A stretch of 64,000 bases of DNA from Actinomycetota bacterium (GTDB lineage Bacteria > Actinomycetota > Thermoleophilia > Gaiellales > Gaiellaceae): positions 13,706 to 77,705 of the forward strand of contig VAXG01000010.1 of NCBI GenBank assembly GCA_005883355.1, written 5' to 3'. The notes under the pieces are model-generated. The model was given only the letters and a program-made list of their open reading frames with translations. It was not told the origin of the DNA and searched no databases. The first letter of the stretch is position 1, and the number at the start of each line of letters is the position of its first letter. Shown here piece after piece: positions 9,859 to 19,943 of this stretch. The translations under genes were made by a program, and so were the position numbers.

Positions 9859-10446
9859 TCAGGGGTCGGGTGCAAAGTCCGCCCCGAGGGCGGCCTCCAG
9901 CGCCTCCTCGCCGAACCCCCTGGCGGCCAGGTAACGCGCCGTGCCCGCGCCCGGCCCACGGCGCTCTACGAGCCGCCGAGCCCGCTCAGACTCGCGCTCC
10001 AGGCTCTCGAGCGCCTCGCTGGTCGGTTCCGGGCCGACCCCTTTCCTCTCGAGGTCGTACCTGATGGCCGCGTTGCCGTAGCCGCGGTCCGCGAGGCTTG
10101 CGGCGCGGGTTAGCGCGAAGCGGGAGTCGTCGACGAGCCCGGCTCGTGAGAGAACGGCGAGCGACTCCTCGACCGCGGCCGGTGCAACCGAGGCCCGAGC
10201 CAGCCGCTCGGCGATCCCACGTGCCGAGAGGTCTTGCCGCCGCAGCGCCCGGCCGGCGACGGTGAGCGCCTCCGCACGCCGAAGCTCCTGACGCAGCAAT
10301 CGCAGGGCCGAACGGTCGAGGGCTCGCCCTTCGGTGAGCCCTGCGCGGGCGACGACGTCGACCGGCAGTGTCCGCCAGGGTGCGCCGTCGAGCTCGACGG
10401 CCACGCGACCGGACCGAGCATCGCGCAGCCGGGTGACCGTTGGCAC
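9859..10446 (-). CDS. recX: recombination regulator RecX
   Basis: 195-aa helical-repeat protein. Its start overlaps the recA stop by 1 nt. The repeat pattern is RecX-like (..RGYGNAAIRYDLERKGV..). Confidence 0.88.
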   Translation of the reverse strand: MPTVTRLRDARSGRVAVELDGAPWRTLPVDVVARAGLTEGRALDRSALRLLRQELRRAEALTVAGRALRRQDLSARGIAERLARASVAPAAVEESLAVLSRAGLVDDSRFALTRAASLADRGYGNAAIRYDLERKGVGPEPTSEALESLERESERARRLVERRGPGAGTARYLAARGFGEEALEAALGADFAPDP

Positions 10447-11531
10447 TACTTCCGGGACGCGGCTTTCTCGACCGCCGCTTTAGCGTCTCCCTTGACCTGT
10501 CCGTTCTGCTCGGCTCCGTCGACGGCTACCGGGAGCAGACGCGCCGACGCAACCTGCTCGGGACCGAGGTCGGCCTGGATGCGGGCCAGGATTCCCTGGC
10601 ACGAATGCTCGCGCAGGAACGCGGTGGCGTTCTGCCGTCCCTGGCCCAGCCGCTCGTCGCCGAAGCTGAAGTACGACCCCGATTTCGTCACGACCTTGCG
10701 CTCGAGCCCGGCGTCGAGCACCGTCCCCTCCCACGAGATGCCCGAGCCATAGATGATGTCGAACTCCGCCTGCTTGAACGGCGGCGCGACCTTGTTCTTC
10801 ACCACCTTCACGCGCACGCGGTTGCCGATCGCCTCGACGCCTTCCTTCAACGTCTCGATGCGGCGGATGTCGAGTCGCACCGAGGAGTAGAACTTCAACG
10901 CGCGGCCCCCCGGGGTCGTCTCCGGGTTGCCGAACATCACGCCGATCTTCTCGCGCAGCTGGTTCGTGAAGAGGCAGATCGTGTCCGTGCGATTCAGAGT
11001 GCCGGCGAGCTTGCGCAGCGCCTGCGACATCAGTCGCGCCTGCAGGCCGACGTGCGTGTCTCCCATCTCGCCTTCGATCTCCGCCTTCGGAGTCAGTGCG
11101 GCGACCGAGTCGACCGCGACGACGTCGAGCGCACCCGACCTGATCAGCAGCTCGGCGATCTCGAGCCCCTGCTCGCCGGTGTCGGGCTGCGAGACGAGGA
11201 GGTCGTCGATGTTGACGCCGATGTGCTTCGCGTACGTCGGATCCATCGAATGCTCGGCGTCGATGAACGCGCAGATGCCGCCGCGCCTCTGCGCCTCTGC
11301 GATCACGTGGTAGACGAGCGTCGTCTTTCCGGACGACTCGGGCCCGAATATCTCGACGATCCTGCCGCGTGGCAGCCCGCCGATTCCGAGCGCGAGGTCG
11401 AGCGCGAGCGAGCCGGTCGAGATCGCGCCGATCGAAACGGCCGCATGGTCGTTCATCTTCATCACTGCGCCTTTGCCGAATTGCCGCTCGATGTGCCCGA
11501 GGGCGGCGTCCAGAGCCTGCTCGCGATCCAC
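10446..11531 (-). CDS. recA: recombinase RecA
   Basis: GTG start 5 nt after the thpR stop, with GGAGG upstream. Walker [16 protein letters not shown] and an [18 protein letters not shown] loop. Confidence 0.97.
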   Translation of the reverse strand: MDREQALDAALGHIERQFGKGAVMKMNDHAAVSIGAISTGSLALDLALGIGGLPRGRIVEIFGPESSGKTTLVYHVIAEAQRRGGICAFIDAEHSMDPTYAKHIGVNIDDLLVSQPDTGEQGLEIAELLIRSGALDVVAVDSVAALTPKAEIEGEMGDTHVGLQARLMSQALRKLAGTLNRTDTICLFTNQLREKIGVMFGNPETTPGGRALKFYSSVRLDIRRIETLKEGVEAIGNRVRVKVVKNKVAPPFKQAEFDIIYGSGISWEGTVLDAGLERKVVTKSGSYFSFGDERLGQGRQNATAFLREHSCQGILARIQADLGPEQVASARLLPVAVDGAEQNGQVKGDAKAAVEKAASRK

Positions 11532-11536
11532 TTACA

Positions 11537-12088
11537 TCACCCTCCCAGGGCAAACGATTCGACGACGACATACTGCGCTCCACTGGACCGCAGCACTGAA
11601 TGGTAGGCAGCGGCATCGGACGGACTGAGCTCCCCCAGATCCGGCAGAGGCGGCTGCAGCCGTGGGCGCTCCCGGAAGCGGACGACCGTCAGGTGGGGAA
11701 GCCACTGCCTCTGCTCCAGCTCGTAGACCCCCAGACGCTCCAGACGGCCCTGCAAATCCTCGGCGAGACGGGTGGCCTGGCCGCCGAGATCCTTCATCAC
11801 CAGCATCCCGACGCTCCTGGTCTCGCGGTAGCGCTCCGGCACCAGCCGGATCGGGCCAGCGGCAGCGGCGGCCTCGCGCAGTGCGACGAGGATCGGCTCG
11901 ACCTCCTCCACCTGGCGGTGTCCGAGAAAGGCCAGCGTGACGTGCAGGTTGTCCCGAGTGACCGGCCGGCCCTCCGTGACGTGCGCGGACTGCCACTCTT
12001 GCAGCGTGTCGAGTGCCTGATCAGGGAGGCGGAGGCCGCAGAACAGGCGCGCGCGTTCACGGCCCTCCACGCTAGCGGGCAGGTTCAC
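11537..12088 (-). CDS. thpR: RNA 2',3'-cyclic phosphodiesterase (2H family, ThpR/LigT)
   Basis: Two H-x-T-x motifs (HVTLAF, HLTVVRF). GTG start overlaps the cinA stop (GTGA). Confidence 0.85.
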   Translation of the reverse strand: MNLPASVEGRERARLFCGLRLPDQALDTLQEWQSAHVTEGRPVTRDNLHVTLAFLGHRQVEEVEPILVALREAAAAAGPIRLVPERYRETRSVGMLVMKDLGGQATRLAEDLQGRLERLGVYELEQRQWLPHLTVVRFRERPRLQPPLPDLGELSPSDAAAYHSVLRSSGAQYVVVESFALGG

Positions 12089-13362
12089 GCGGATTCGTCG
12101 CGAGTCTGTTCCAAAAGCCGCCGGATGAGGTGGAGCGCGGTCATGGCGGCGCGGCGCCGCACGGAGCCCCGATCGCCCGGGAAGACGAAGTCCGCGCTGC
12201 GCGAGCCGCCGGGTCCCTCCACGTGCAGGAAGACAAGGCCCACCGGCTTCTCTTCGCTGCCGCCGTCCGGGCCCGCGATGCCGGTGACGGCGACGGCGAC
12301 GTCGGCGCCGAGCCGTTCGCGAGCCCCGGTCGCCATCGCCGCGGCCGTCTCGGCGGACACTGCACCGTGGCGGCTCAGCACGTCCGGCGGAACCCCGAGC
12401 TCGCGGATCTTGATCTCGTCCGCATAGGCCACCACAGCACCGATGAAGACCTCGCTCGAGCCGCGGACGGAGGTGAGTCGCTCCGCCACCATGCCCCCGG
12501 TGCAGGATTCCGCCGTGCCGAGCGTCAACCCGCGGCCTCGACAGAGATCGAGCACCAGGGCTTCGATGGGACGCTCGTCGCGACTGAAGAGGTACCGCTC
12601 GAGCGGAGACACGAGCCGCTCCGTCAATTCGTCGGCACGGGCTTCTGCGCCGGGCTCGACGACCAGGTCGACGTGAATCTCGAAGTCCCGGGCGCAGATC
12701 GTGGTCTCGACGCCGTCGCCGTCGCCGCCCGCGTCCGCAAGCGCCTTGGCGACGGCCGACTCACTCGTGCCGAAGAACCGTAGTCGCCGCAGCTCAGGGG
12801 GTTGTGCCCGAGTCAGCACGCGCCGCACCGGCTCGGTTTCGAGGGCCTTCGCCCACAGGCGCTGCAGCTCCGCCGGAGGGCCCGGCAGAACGACGACGAC
12901 CGTATCCCCGTGCTCGAGGACGAGGCCGGGAGCCGTCCCGGCAAGCCCGAGCGAGTGCGCGCCTTCGGGGATCGTCGCCTGCTTGCGGACACCGGCTTCG
13001 AAGTCCACATACGGTCGCCCGAGCCGCTCCGCGAAGCCGCGTGAGATGCCCCCGATCTCCTCGTGCAGCCCTTCCTCGAGCACGAGGCCTACTCGGGCGG
13101 CTCGGGCGACGAGCTCGACCGTGCGGTCGTCGTGGGTCGGCCCGAGCCCGCCCGACACGACACAGAGCTCGGCCGCGCCGAGCGCTTGGGCAAGCGCGTC
13201 CGAGAGCTCTTCCTCTCGATCGCCGACGATCGAGATCCGGGCCGGCTCGACGCCGTGCCGGAGTAGCTCGTTCGCCAGGAACGGCCCGTTCAGGTCGCGC
13301 CTCTCGCCGCGGACGAGCTCGCTACCGGTGACGACGATGAACCCGCGGGGCCGCGTGGTCAC
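12085..13362 (-). CDS. cinA: competence/damage-inducible protein CinA (nicotinamide-nucleotide amidohydrolase family)
   Basis: MoCF-like N-domain (IVVTGSELVRG) plus a CinA C-domain (TAESCTGGMVA). Start set to GTG 13362, which overlaps the upstream stop. The longer ORF N-terminus is Arg-rich and non-homologous. Confidence 0.88.
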   Translation of the reverse strand: MTTRPRGFIVVTGSELVRGERRDLNGPFLANELLRHGVEPARISIVGDREEELSDALAQALGAAELCVVSGGLGPTHDDRTVELVARAARVGLVLEEGLHEEIGGISRGFAERLGRPYVDFEAGVRKQATIPEGAHSLGLAGTAPGLVLEHGDTVVVVLPGPPAELQRLWAKALETEPVRRVLTRAQPPELRRLRFFGTSESAVAKALADAGGDGDGVETTICARDFEIHVDLVVEPGAEARADELTERLVSPLERYLFSRDERPIEALVLDLCRGRGLTLGTAESCTGGMVAERLTSVRGSSEVFIGAVVAYADEIKIRELGVPPDVLSRHGAVSAETAAAMATGARERLGADVAVAVTGIAGPDGGSEEKPVGLVFLHVEGPGGSRSADFVFPGDRGSVRRRAAMTALHLIRRLLEQTRDESA

Positions 13363-14075
13363 ACGGCCGGACGAATACCGCGCGGCGTCACAGTGAGCGT
13401 CTTGACGCCGCCCACGGGCAGGCGGCGTGTGTGCCCGTTCAGGATCGTGACGAGGTTCTCGGGGCGATCCAGCGTGATCCACAGCTTCCGGGCGGTGAAG
13501 AGCTGCTTCTGTCCTTGATCGAGCGTTCCCTGGAAGAGGATCGGACCGGTCGCGGACGTCTTGTGGACCTGCAGCCAGCAGGGCCCGCGCGACGCCTTCA
13601 CGAGCAGACGTACCTGTACCGGCTGCACGGTAGGCGCCTGAGACTGGTGGGTCGGCGACTTCGACGTTCCGAGGCCGACCGGCGTCGCGCTCGGCGGCTC
13701 GCCTCGGGTCCAGGCGACGATTACGAGCGCGGTCACCGCCGCGATGCCCAGGAGTGTGAGCAAGACGACGCGCGACTGAACCTGCACGCCCCGCGACGGC
13801 GGGACGGAGCGTCTAGGGCGGGACTGCGGTTCCTCCTCCCCGACGACGAAGCGGGAATTGTACTCGTCGACGTAGAGCTGTCCGTCGAGGCCGAGGTATT
13901 CGGCGTAGGAGCGCAGGAAGCCCTTGACGTACGTCTGCGCGGGGAGGACGTCGAACTGCTCGTCCTCGAGGGCGCGAAGGTACTTTCCCCGAATCTTCGT
14001 TCCCTGCTCGAGCTCGGGAAAGTCGAGACCCTGGCGCAAGCGCGCCTCACGAAGGCTGTTACCGATTTCGAACAC
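13359..14075 (-). CDS. helix-turn-helix membrane protein, RodZ-like
   Basis: XRE-type HTH (LREARLRQGLDFPELEQGTKIRGKYLRALE), one TM segment and a C-terminal beta-rich region of the DUF4115 type. Confidence 0.75.
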   Translation of the reverse strand: MFEIGNSLREARLRQGLDFPELEQGTKIRGKYLRALEDEQFDVLPAQTYVKGFLRSYAEYLGLDGQLYVDEYNSRFVVGEEEPQSRPRRSVPPSRGVQVQSRVVLLTLLGIAAVTALVIVAWTRGEPPSATPVGLGTSKSPTHQSQAPTVQPVQVRLLVKASRGPCWLQVHKTSATGPILFQGTLDQGQKQLFTARKLWITLDRPENLVTILNGHTRRLPVGGVKTLTVTPRGIRPAV

Positions 14076-14098
14076 GGCGGCAACCGCATACTAGGGAC

Positions 14099-14449
14099 TC
14101 AGCGGGAATGTTGGTAGGCCACGAAAAGCCCGTAGAAACCGACCGACAGCGCGGCCGCCAGCGACAGGCAGAGGGCGAGCGCTCCGACGAAGACCGCAAC
14201 CGAAGCGATCCCCGTTCTCCCCTCCCGCAGTTGCAGCCACTGGAGGTTCCTCTTCGCGCGGCGTGCCATCACGAAGGCGAGCAAACCGAGCAGGAACGCC
14301 AGAGGAATTGCATAGCCGGCGTCCAGTAGGCCGATCCGCTTGGAACGCCGCGCAACCTCGATCGCCGCCGGCAGCACGGCGATGCCCGCGAGGCCGAGAA
14401 CGAGGGCCACCCAGGCGCGGGTCCGACTTTTCGCATCGAGAGCATGCAT
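14099..14449 (-). CDS. small integral membrane protein, function unknown
   Basis: 116 aa with 3-4 hydrophobic helices. GC3-rich coding pattern. No recognisable family. Confidence 0.6.
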   Translation of the reverse strand: MHALDAKSRTRAWVALVLGLAGIAVLPAAIEVARRSKRIGLLDAGYAIPLAFLLGLLAFVMARRAKRNLQWLQLREGRTGIASVAVFVGALALCLSLAAALSVGFYGLFVAYQHSR

Positions 14450-14497
14450 CGTTCGAATCGGCCTAGAGCCGGCCTCTGGCTCTCTCCGCGAGGACGC

Positions 14498-15799
14498 TCA
14501 CGCGGATCCCTTCGTCGCAGGCGCCCTGCCGGTCAACCTGAGCTTTCGGCGTGCCTGCCAGATATAGAGGATTACCAGGTCGGCGCCGACGAAGAGCAGG
14601 ATGAGCGCCTGGATCATCAATGCGAGGTTGCCGGCCAACTCCGGAGGGAAGACGGTCGGATCGAGGCTGCGGGTGGAGGTCCCGGTGAACAGCGCCCCGA
14701 ACAGCAGGGCTGCGAGGCCGACCCCGACCGCACTCGTGCGACCGAGCAGCGCGACTGCGATGCCGATGAAGCCGATGTTCGACACTTGCACGTCGGCCAC
14801 TCCGAGCCGGAACTGCCAGCCGAAAATGTCGAGTGCTCCGGCCAGTCCCGCGAACAGCCCGGAGATCGTCATCGCGAGGACGAAGTTCCGCGCGACGCTG
14901 ATCCCGCCGTACCGCGCAGCCTCGGGATTGAAGCCGACCGCGCGCACCTCGTACCCGAGCGTCGTACGGTTGAGGATGACGTAGAAGGCGATCAAGGCGC
15001 CCAGCGCGATGAAGATGCCGGCGTGCAATGCCTGAAGATGCGGGTTGCCCCAGATCGCCGGCAGCTTCGCCCCGTTGACCACGTCGTCCGAGACCGGGAT
15101 CGACTGGTCGACGTGATTCCGGAGCGGTCCGCCCCGCCCCACCAGGTAACTGCCCCCCCAGTACGCGATCCAGTTCAGCATGATCGTCGTGATCACCTCG
15201 TGGGCGCCGACGCTTGCCTTCAGTGCGCCGGCGATCGCAGCCCAGAGCGCTCCGCCGAGGGCCGCGGCGACCAGCCCGAAGAGCAGGTGCGGCAGATGCG
15301 GCATGGTGGTGAATCGTGACCCGATGTACACGCCGACGATCGCGCCGACCAGGTACTGCCCCTGACCTCCGATGTTGAACAAGCCGCAACGGAAGGCGAA
15401 CGCGACCGCCAGCCCGGTCAGGATGAGCGGTGTCGTCGTCAGCAGGGTCTGGGTCAGGTTGTACGCGGCGGTGTGGCTCGTGTTCGTGTCCCACCAGAAC
15501 CAGACATGTGTCTGCGTGAATGGAACGGTGATGTGGTGTGACCCGACGTGGAAGAACCAGTTGAGGCCGGCTCCCTCGAAGATCGCCTTGTAGGTTCGCA
15601 GCGGGTTGTGGTGGGTCGACAGCACGACGATGCCGCCCATGAGGAAAGCCACGATCGTGGTCGTGAGGGGCGTGACGATGCCTCCCGCGCGCTGGTAGAA
15701 CGCCAACCGGCCGGCGACGGACGGCGCGTACGCCTCGGGATCCTCCCCCAGGGTCGGCGCGCCGTCGCGGTCGACACCGGTGGATTCGGGCTCGCTCAA
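14498..15799 (-). CDS. ABC transporter permease (BMP/nucleoside-type, YufP-like, second paralog)
   Basis: TTG start. About 60% identical by eye to the permease at 17038-18312 (e.g. LTGLAVAFAFRCGLFNIGGQGQY, TTLGYEVRAVGFN). Confidence 0.88.
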   Translation of the reverse strand: MSEPESTGVDRDGAPTLGEDPEAYAPSVAGRLAFYQRAGGIVTPLTTTIVAFLMGGIVVLSTHHNPLRTYKAIFEGAGLNWFFHVGSHHITVPFTQTHVWFWWDTNTSHTAAYNLTQTLLTTTPLILTGLAVAFAFRCGLFNIGGQGQYLVGAIVGVYIGSRFTTMPHLPHLLFGLVAAALGGALWAAIAGALKASVGAHEVITTIMLNWIAYWGGSYLVGRGGPLRNHVDQSIPVSDDVVNGAKLPAIWGNPHLQALHAGIFIALGALIAFYVILNRTTLGYEVRAVGFNPEAARYGGISVARNFVLAMTISGLFAGLAGALDIFGWQFRLGVADVQVSNIGFIGIAVALLGRTSAVGVGLAALLFGALFTGTSTRSLDPTVFPPELAGNLALMIQALILLFVGADLVILYIWQARRKLRLTGRAPATKGSA

Positions 15800-15811
15800 G
15801 CCGCGTCGCGC

Positions 15812-17041
15812 CTACTGCTTCTTGTAAGGACGGCCGATGGCCGCAGGAGGAATCGAGCGGCCGATCACGCCGGCCACGGCAATGAGCGTCAGCACGTAGG
15901 GAAGCGCCTGGAAGAGCGTGCCGGCGGACGAGCCGTAGGCGTCGGGCAGCCGGAGCGCGAGCGCACTGGAGAAGCCGAAGAGAAGCGCGGCCCCGAAGGC
16001 GCCGAACGGCCGCCAGCCTCCGAAGATGAGCGCTGCGAGCGCGATGAACCCTCGGCCGTTGGTCATGCCCTCGGAGAAAGAGTGGACAAAGCCGATCGAC
16101 AGATAGGCGCCGCCGAGCGCTGCCAGGACGCCGGAGACGACGACTGCCGAGTAGCGGACGGCGTAGACGGAGATACCGACGGTGTCGGCCGCGCGTGGAT
16201 GTTCGCCGACGGCACGGATGCGTAGGCCGATGGGTGTCTTGAACATGACGATGTAGGAGACGATCAATAGGGGGAACATCAGCCACACCATCAAGTTCAT
16301 CTGGCCGAAGGAGTTGTCGAGGAAGCTCCCGAGTTGGTGCGGGGGAACGTGCTGTAGCCAGTTGAAGTGGACGTCGGGGATCGCGGGGAGGTTCGTGGGC
16401 GTCCCCTGCTGGCCGTAGACGTCGACGTAGAGGTAGCCTGTGATTCCGAGCGCGAGGAAGTTGATCGCCGTCCCGCCGACGATCTGATCCGCGCGTAGAT
16501 GGATCGCGAAGAAGGCGTGGATGAGCGCCAGAGCGCCGCCGGCGGCCATCGCGATCAGGAGCCCTCCCTCCCACGAGCCGGTCTTGTCCGCTCCCAGCGC
16601 GCCGAAGAAAGCGCCCACCAGCATCATTCCCTCGAGGCCGATGTTCACCACGCCGCTGCGTTCGGAGAACATGCCTCCGATCGCTGCGAACGTCAGCGGC
16701 GTCGCCCACCGGAGCGTCGCGGTGACGAGCGCTCCCCAGAAGACGACGATGTCCAGGTGGGTGAGGCTCGATCGCGTCGCGAGGATTGCGCCCACGATCC
16801 CCACGAGAGCCGCGGCGATGGCGCCCCAGCCGACCCGACGCTCGCGTCGAGAGACGGCCCAGATTCCCGCTGCCGCACCGAGGATCCCGACGGCAACGGG
16901 GAGGACGGTGTTGCGCGCGTGAACCGGAGGAAGCGCGAGCCAGAACGACAGCGCGCCGAGGGCGATCCCGAGGATGCCCACTGCTCGCGGCCCCGTCGCC
17001 CGTTCCCAGCCGCTCCGGACGCTCTCGGCTCGAACGCTCAC
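15812..17041 (-). CDS. ABC transporter permease (BMP/nucleoside-type, YufQ-like)
   Basis: 409-aa polytopic membrane protein (GMFSERSGVVNIGLEGMM, IGLRIRAVGEHPRAAD). Its start overlaps the upstream permease stop. Confidence 0.88.
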   Translation of the reverse strand: MSVRAESVRSGWERATGPRAVGILGIALGALSFWLALPPVHARNTVLPVAVGILGAAAGIWAVSRRERRVGWGAIAAALVGIVGAILATRSSLTHLDIVVFWGALVTATLRWATPLTFAAIGGMFSERSGVVNIGLEGMMLVGAFFGALGADKTGSWEGGLLIAMAAGGALALIHAFFAIHLRADQIVGGTAINFLALGITGYLYVDVYGQQGTPTNLPAIPDVHFNWLQHVPPHQLGSFLDNSFGQMNLMVWLMFPLLIVSYIVMFKTPIGLRIRAVGEHPRAADTVGISVYAVRYSAVVVSGVLAALGGAYLSIGFVHSFSEGMTNGRGFIALAALIFGGWRPFGAFGAALLFGFSSALALRLPDAYGSSAGTLFQALPYVLTLIAVAGVIGRSIPPAAIGRPYKKQ

Positions 17042-18207
17042 GATGCCGCCGGCTCCTTCCCGGGCTCGAGACCGTCTCGTCCTACAAGTCCCAGCTTGCG
17101 TCGCGCCTGCCAGAGGTAGACGACCAGAAGGTCGGCTCCGACGAAGAGCACGACGAGACCTTGGATGATCCGTGTCAGGTTGCCCGCAAGTTGGGGGTCG
17201 AAGATCGAGGGGTCGAGAGCGCGGGCCGACGTGCCGTTCAGGAGCGCCGCGAAGACGAGCGAGGCGAAGAAGACACCGACGGCCGAGTTGCGCCCGAGGA
17301 GCGCGACTGCGATTCCGAAGAAGCCGATCTGTGAGCTCTGAACGACCGTCAGGTCGAGGTGGAACTCCCAGCCGAGCAGATCTATCGCTCCGGCGAGCCC
17401 TGCGAAGGCACCGGAGATGGCCATCGCGAGAAAATAGCTGCGGGGCACGTTGATTCCGCTGTAGCGCGCCGCCTCCGCGTTGAAGCCGACCGCGCGCACC
17501 TCGTAGCCGAGGGTGGTACGGCTGAGCACGATCCAGAAGACGACGAGCGCGGCCAGCGCGATGAAGAAGCCGATGTGAAGCCCCTGCAGTTGTGGGTCAC
17601 CCCAGAAGACCGGCAGCTTGGCGCTTGCGACGATGTCAGGCGTGTTCGGGTTGACTGCGCCGAATCTCTTGTCCTGTAGAGGTCCGCCGAAGCCGACGAG
17701 GTAGCTGGCGACCCAGAGCGCGATCCAGTTGAGCATGATCGTCGTGATCACCTCGTGCGCGCCCACCGTCGCGCGGAGCACTCCTGCGATCCCTGCCCAG
17801 ACTGCTCCGGCGAGGGTGGCCAGCACGATCGCGATCAGGATGTGCGCCGGTTTCGGCATTGACGCGAACCAGATCCCCGTCTGAACTGCGACGACCGTCC
17901 CAACCGTGTACTGGCCCTGGCCGCCGATGTTGAAGAGGCCGCAGCGAAAGGCGAAGGCGACGGCCAGACCCGTCAGCATCAGCGGCGCCATGACCAACAG
18001 CGTCTGTTGCAGATTGAGGGCGGCGTCGTGGCGGGCGACCCCGCTCACCCACGGAAAGAGCCAATTGAGCCCGGTTCCGTCGAAGATCGCGCGATACGTA
18101 CTGAGCGGATTCTTCCCGGTGGTCGCAACCACGACGAGACCCCCGACGACGAAGGCGAAGAGCGCGGTGATGAGTGGCGTGACGATTCCGCCCGCGCGCT
18201 GATACAT
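17038..18207 (-). CDS. ABC transporter permease (BMP/nucleoside-type, YufP-like); true 5' end probably at 18312
   Basis: The ORF track starts at ATG 18207. The frame stays open, and stays homologous to the paralog's N-terminus, up to a CTG at 18312 that is preceded by GAGGTG. See finding. Confidence 0.85.
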   Translation of the reverse strand: MYQRAGGIVTPLITALFAFVVGGLVVVATTGKNPLSTYRAIFDGTGLNWLFPWVSGVARHDAALNLQQTLLVMAPLMLTGLAVAFAFRCGLFNIGGQGQYTVGTVVAVQTGIWFASMPKPAHILIAIVLATLAGAVWAGIAGVLRATVGAHEVITTIMLNWIALWVASYLVGFGGPLQDKRFGAVNPNTPDIVASAKLPVFWGDPQLQGLHIGFFIALAALVVFWIVLSRTTLGYEVRAVGFNAEAARYSGINVPRSYFLAMAISGAFAGLAGAIDLLGWEFHLDLTVVQSSQIGFFGIAVALLGRNSAVGVFFASLVFAALLNGTSARALDPSIFDPQLAGNLTRIIQGLVVLFVGADLLVVYLWQARRKLGLVGRDGLEPGKEPAAS

Positions 18208-18346
18208 GGCGAGCCGTGCGGCAGGGCTCGGCGCGTAGCCTTCGGCCGCCCGCTCGGCCGAGGGCGCTTCGTCCGGTTCGACGCCGCCCGCGGGCTGCTC
18301 TGGCTCGCTCAGGTGGCCACCTCGATCGGACGCGGTTCGGCCGCGC

Positions 18347-19873
18347 TCACGCGGCGGCCGCGCTTCCTCCGCCGGTCATCGCGATGCCGAGATCCTCTTC
18401 CGCGACTTTCGGGTCGTATTCGCCGACGATTCGGCCTTCGTAGATCACGAGGATGCGATCGGAGAGCGCGCGGATCTCGTCCAGCTCGAGCGACACGAGC
18501 AGCACGGCCTTGCCCTCGTCGCGTACCTCCACCAACCGTCGGTGGACGTACTCGATCGCGCCGACGTCGAGTCCACGGGTCGGCTGGGCGGCAATGAGGA
18601 CGTCCGGATCGCCGGCGACTTCCCGCGCGATCACGACCTTCTGCTGATTTCCGCCCGACAGGGCCGAGGCGCGGGTCTGAGGGCCGCCGCCGCGGACGTC
18701 GAACTCGCGCAGGAGCTTGCGTGCCCTGGAGATCAGTCGCCGCGGGAACAGCCAGCCGAACCGAGAGTTCGGCTCCTCGTCGTAGTCGTGGAGGGCCAGG
18801 TTTTCTGCCAGTGAGAACTCGAGCACGAGGCCCCGCCGCTGTCGATCCTCAGGGATGTGGCCGACTCCAAGGTCCAGGACACGCCGCGCCGAGGCCCGGG
18901 TGACGTCCTGGCCGCGGACACGGATCTCGCCGCCACTCGGACGCCGCAGGCCGGCGAGAGCGTCGATCAGCTCCGTCTGGCCGTTGCCGTCCACGCCGGC
19001 GAGGCCGACGATCTCGCCGGCACGTACGGCGAACGACACGTCGCGCACGGCGCCGAGCCCTCGGTCGTCGAGGACGCTCAAGTCATGCACCTCGAGCATG
19101 GGCTGACCGGGCGCGGCCGGTTTCTTCTCGACGCGTAGGAGGACCTCGCGGCCCACCATCATGCGCGCGAGCCCGGTCTCCGTGGCACCCTCGCGGGAAA
19201 TCGTGTCTACCTTCCGTCCCCGCCGCAGGACCGTGATCCGGTCTGCGATCTCGACGACCTCCTTGAGCTTGTGCGAGATGAAGATGATCGATTTACCCTG
19301 CGCTTGCAGTCCACGGATGATCTCGAACAGCTCGGCCGCCTCCTGGGGTGTCAGGACCGCTGTCGGCTCGTCGAGGATGAGAATCTCGGCTCCGCGGTAG
19401 AGCGCCTTCAAGATCTCGACTCGCTGCTCCTGGCCGACGCCGATGTTCTCGACGCGCGCCTCCGGATCGACGGCAAGCCCGAAACGCTCGGAGAGCTCGC
19501 GCACTCTTTCGACCGACGCGGCGTAATCGAGCAGCACCCCGGCATGGGTCGGCTCGCTGGCGAGGACGATGTTCTCGGCGACCGTCATGACCGGGATCAG
19601 CATGAAGTGCTGGTGCACCATCCCGATCCCGTGCATGATCGCCTCCCGGGCAGACCCGAGGGTGACGGGCTTCCCACGAATCAGGATCTCGCCGCCGTCG
19701 GGCCTGTAGAGGCCGTAGACGATGTTCATCAGCGTCGACTTGCCCGCGCCGTTCTCACCGAGGAGCGCGTGGACCTCGCCGGGTAAGAGCTCGAAGTCGA
19801 TCGCGTCGTTGGCAACCACCCCAGGGAAACGCTTCGTGATCGACCGCAGCTCGAGGATCGGGCCGTCGCTCAT
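18347..19873 (-). CDS. ABC transporter ATP-binding protein with two fused ATPase cassettes
   Basis: 508 aa. Two Walker A / signature sets (GENGAGKST, LSGGNQQK), as in sugar/nucleoside importers. Confidence 0.93.
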   Translation of the reverse strand: MSDGPILELRSITKRFPGVVANDAIDFELLPGEVHALLGENGAGKSTLMNIVYGLYRPDGGEILIRGKPVTLGSAREAIMHGIGMVHQHFMLIPVMTVAENIVLASEPTHAGVLLDYAASVERVRELSERFGLAVDPEARVENIGVGQEQRVEILKALYRGAEILILDEPTAVLTPQEAAELFEIIRGLQAQGKSIIFISHKLKEVVEIADRITVLRRGRKVDTISREGATETGLARMMVGREVLLRVEKKPAAPGQPMLEVHDLSVLDDRGLGAVRDVSFAVRAGEIVGLAGVDGNGQTELIDALAGLRRPSGGEIRVRGQDVTRASARRVLDLGVGHIPEDRQRRGLVLEFSLAENLALHDYDEEPNSRFGWLFPRRLISRARKLLREFDVRGGGPQTRASALSGGNQQKVVIAREVAGDPDVLIAAQPTRGLDVGAIEYVHRRLVEVRDEGKAVLLVSLELDEIRALSDRILVIYEGRIVGEYDPKVAEEDLGIAMTGGGSAAAA

Positions 19874-19897
19874 CCGGAGCCATTCTATGGCGGCACG

Positions 19898-19927
19898 AGA
19901 GGGGCAGACCGGAGAGCCCGCCCCTCT
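19898..19927 (-). promoter_or_regulatory. intercistronic stem-loop between the binding-protein and ATPase genes
   Basis: agaggggc (19898-19905) pairs with gcccctct (19920-19927): an 8-bp GC-rich stem with a 14-nt loop in the 70-nt gap. Its position fits the mRNA-stabilising hairpins often found after binding-protein genes. Confidence 0.35.
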
Positions 19928-19943
19928 GACACTGCCGACGCTG

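Noticed and set aside
11532-11600. LexA/SOS operator upstream of recA (TCGAAC-N4-GTTCGA or GAAC-N4-GTTC types).
   Set aside because: recA starts 5 nt after the thpR stop, so there is no intergenic promoter region here. I saw no box in the adjacent sequence. The only TCGAA-containing string, near 14060-14075, is a half-site inside the RodZ-like gene start.
14463-16709. 748-aa minus-strand ORF spanning two permease genes in another frame.
   Set aside because: The translation is Arg/Pro-rich and non-homologous. The overlapping frames encode clearly recognisable ABC permeases.
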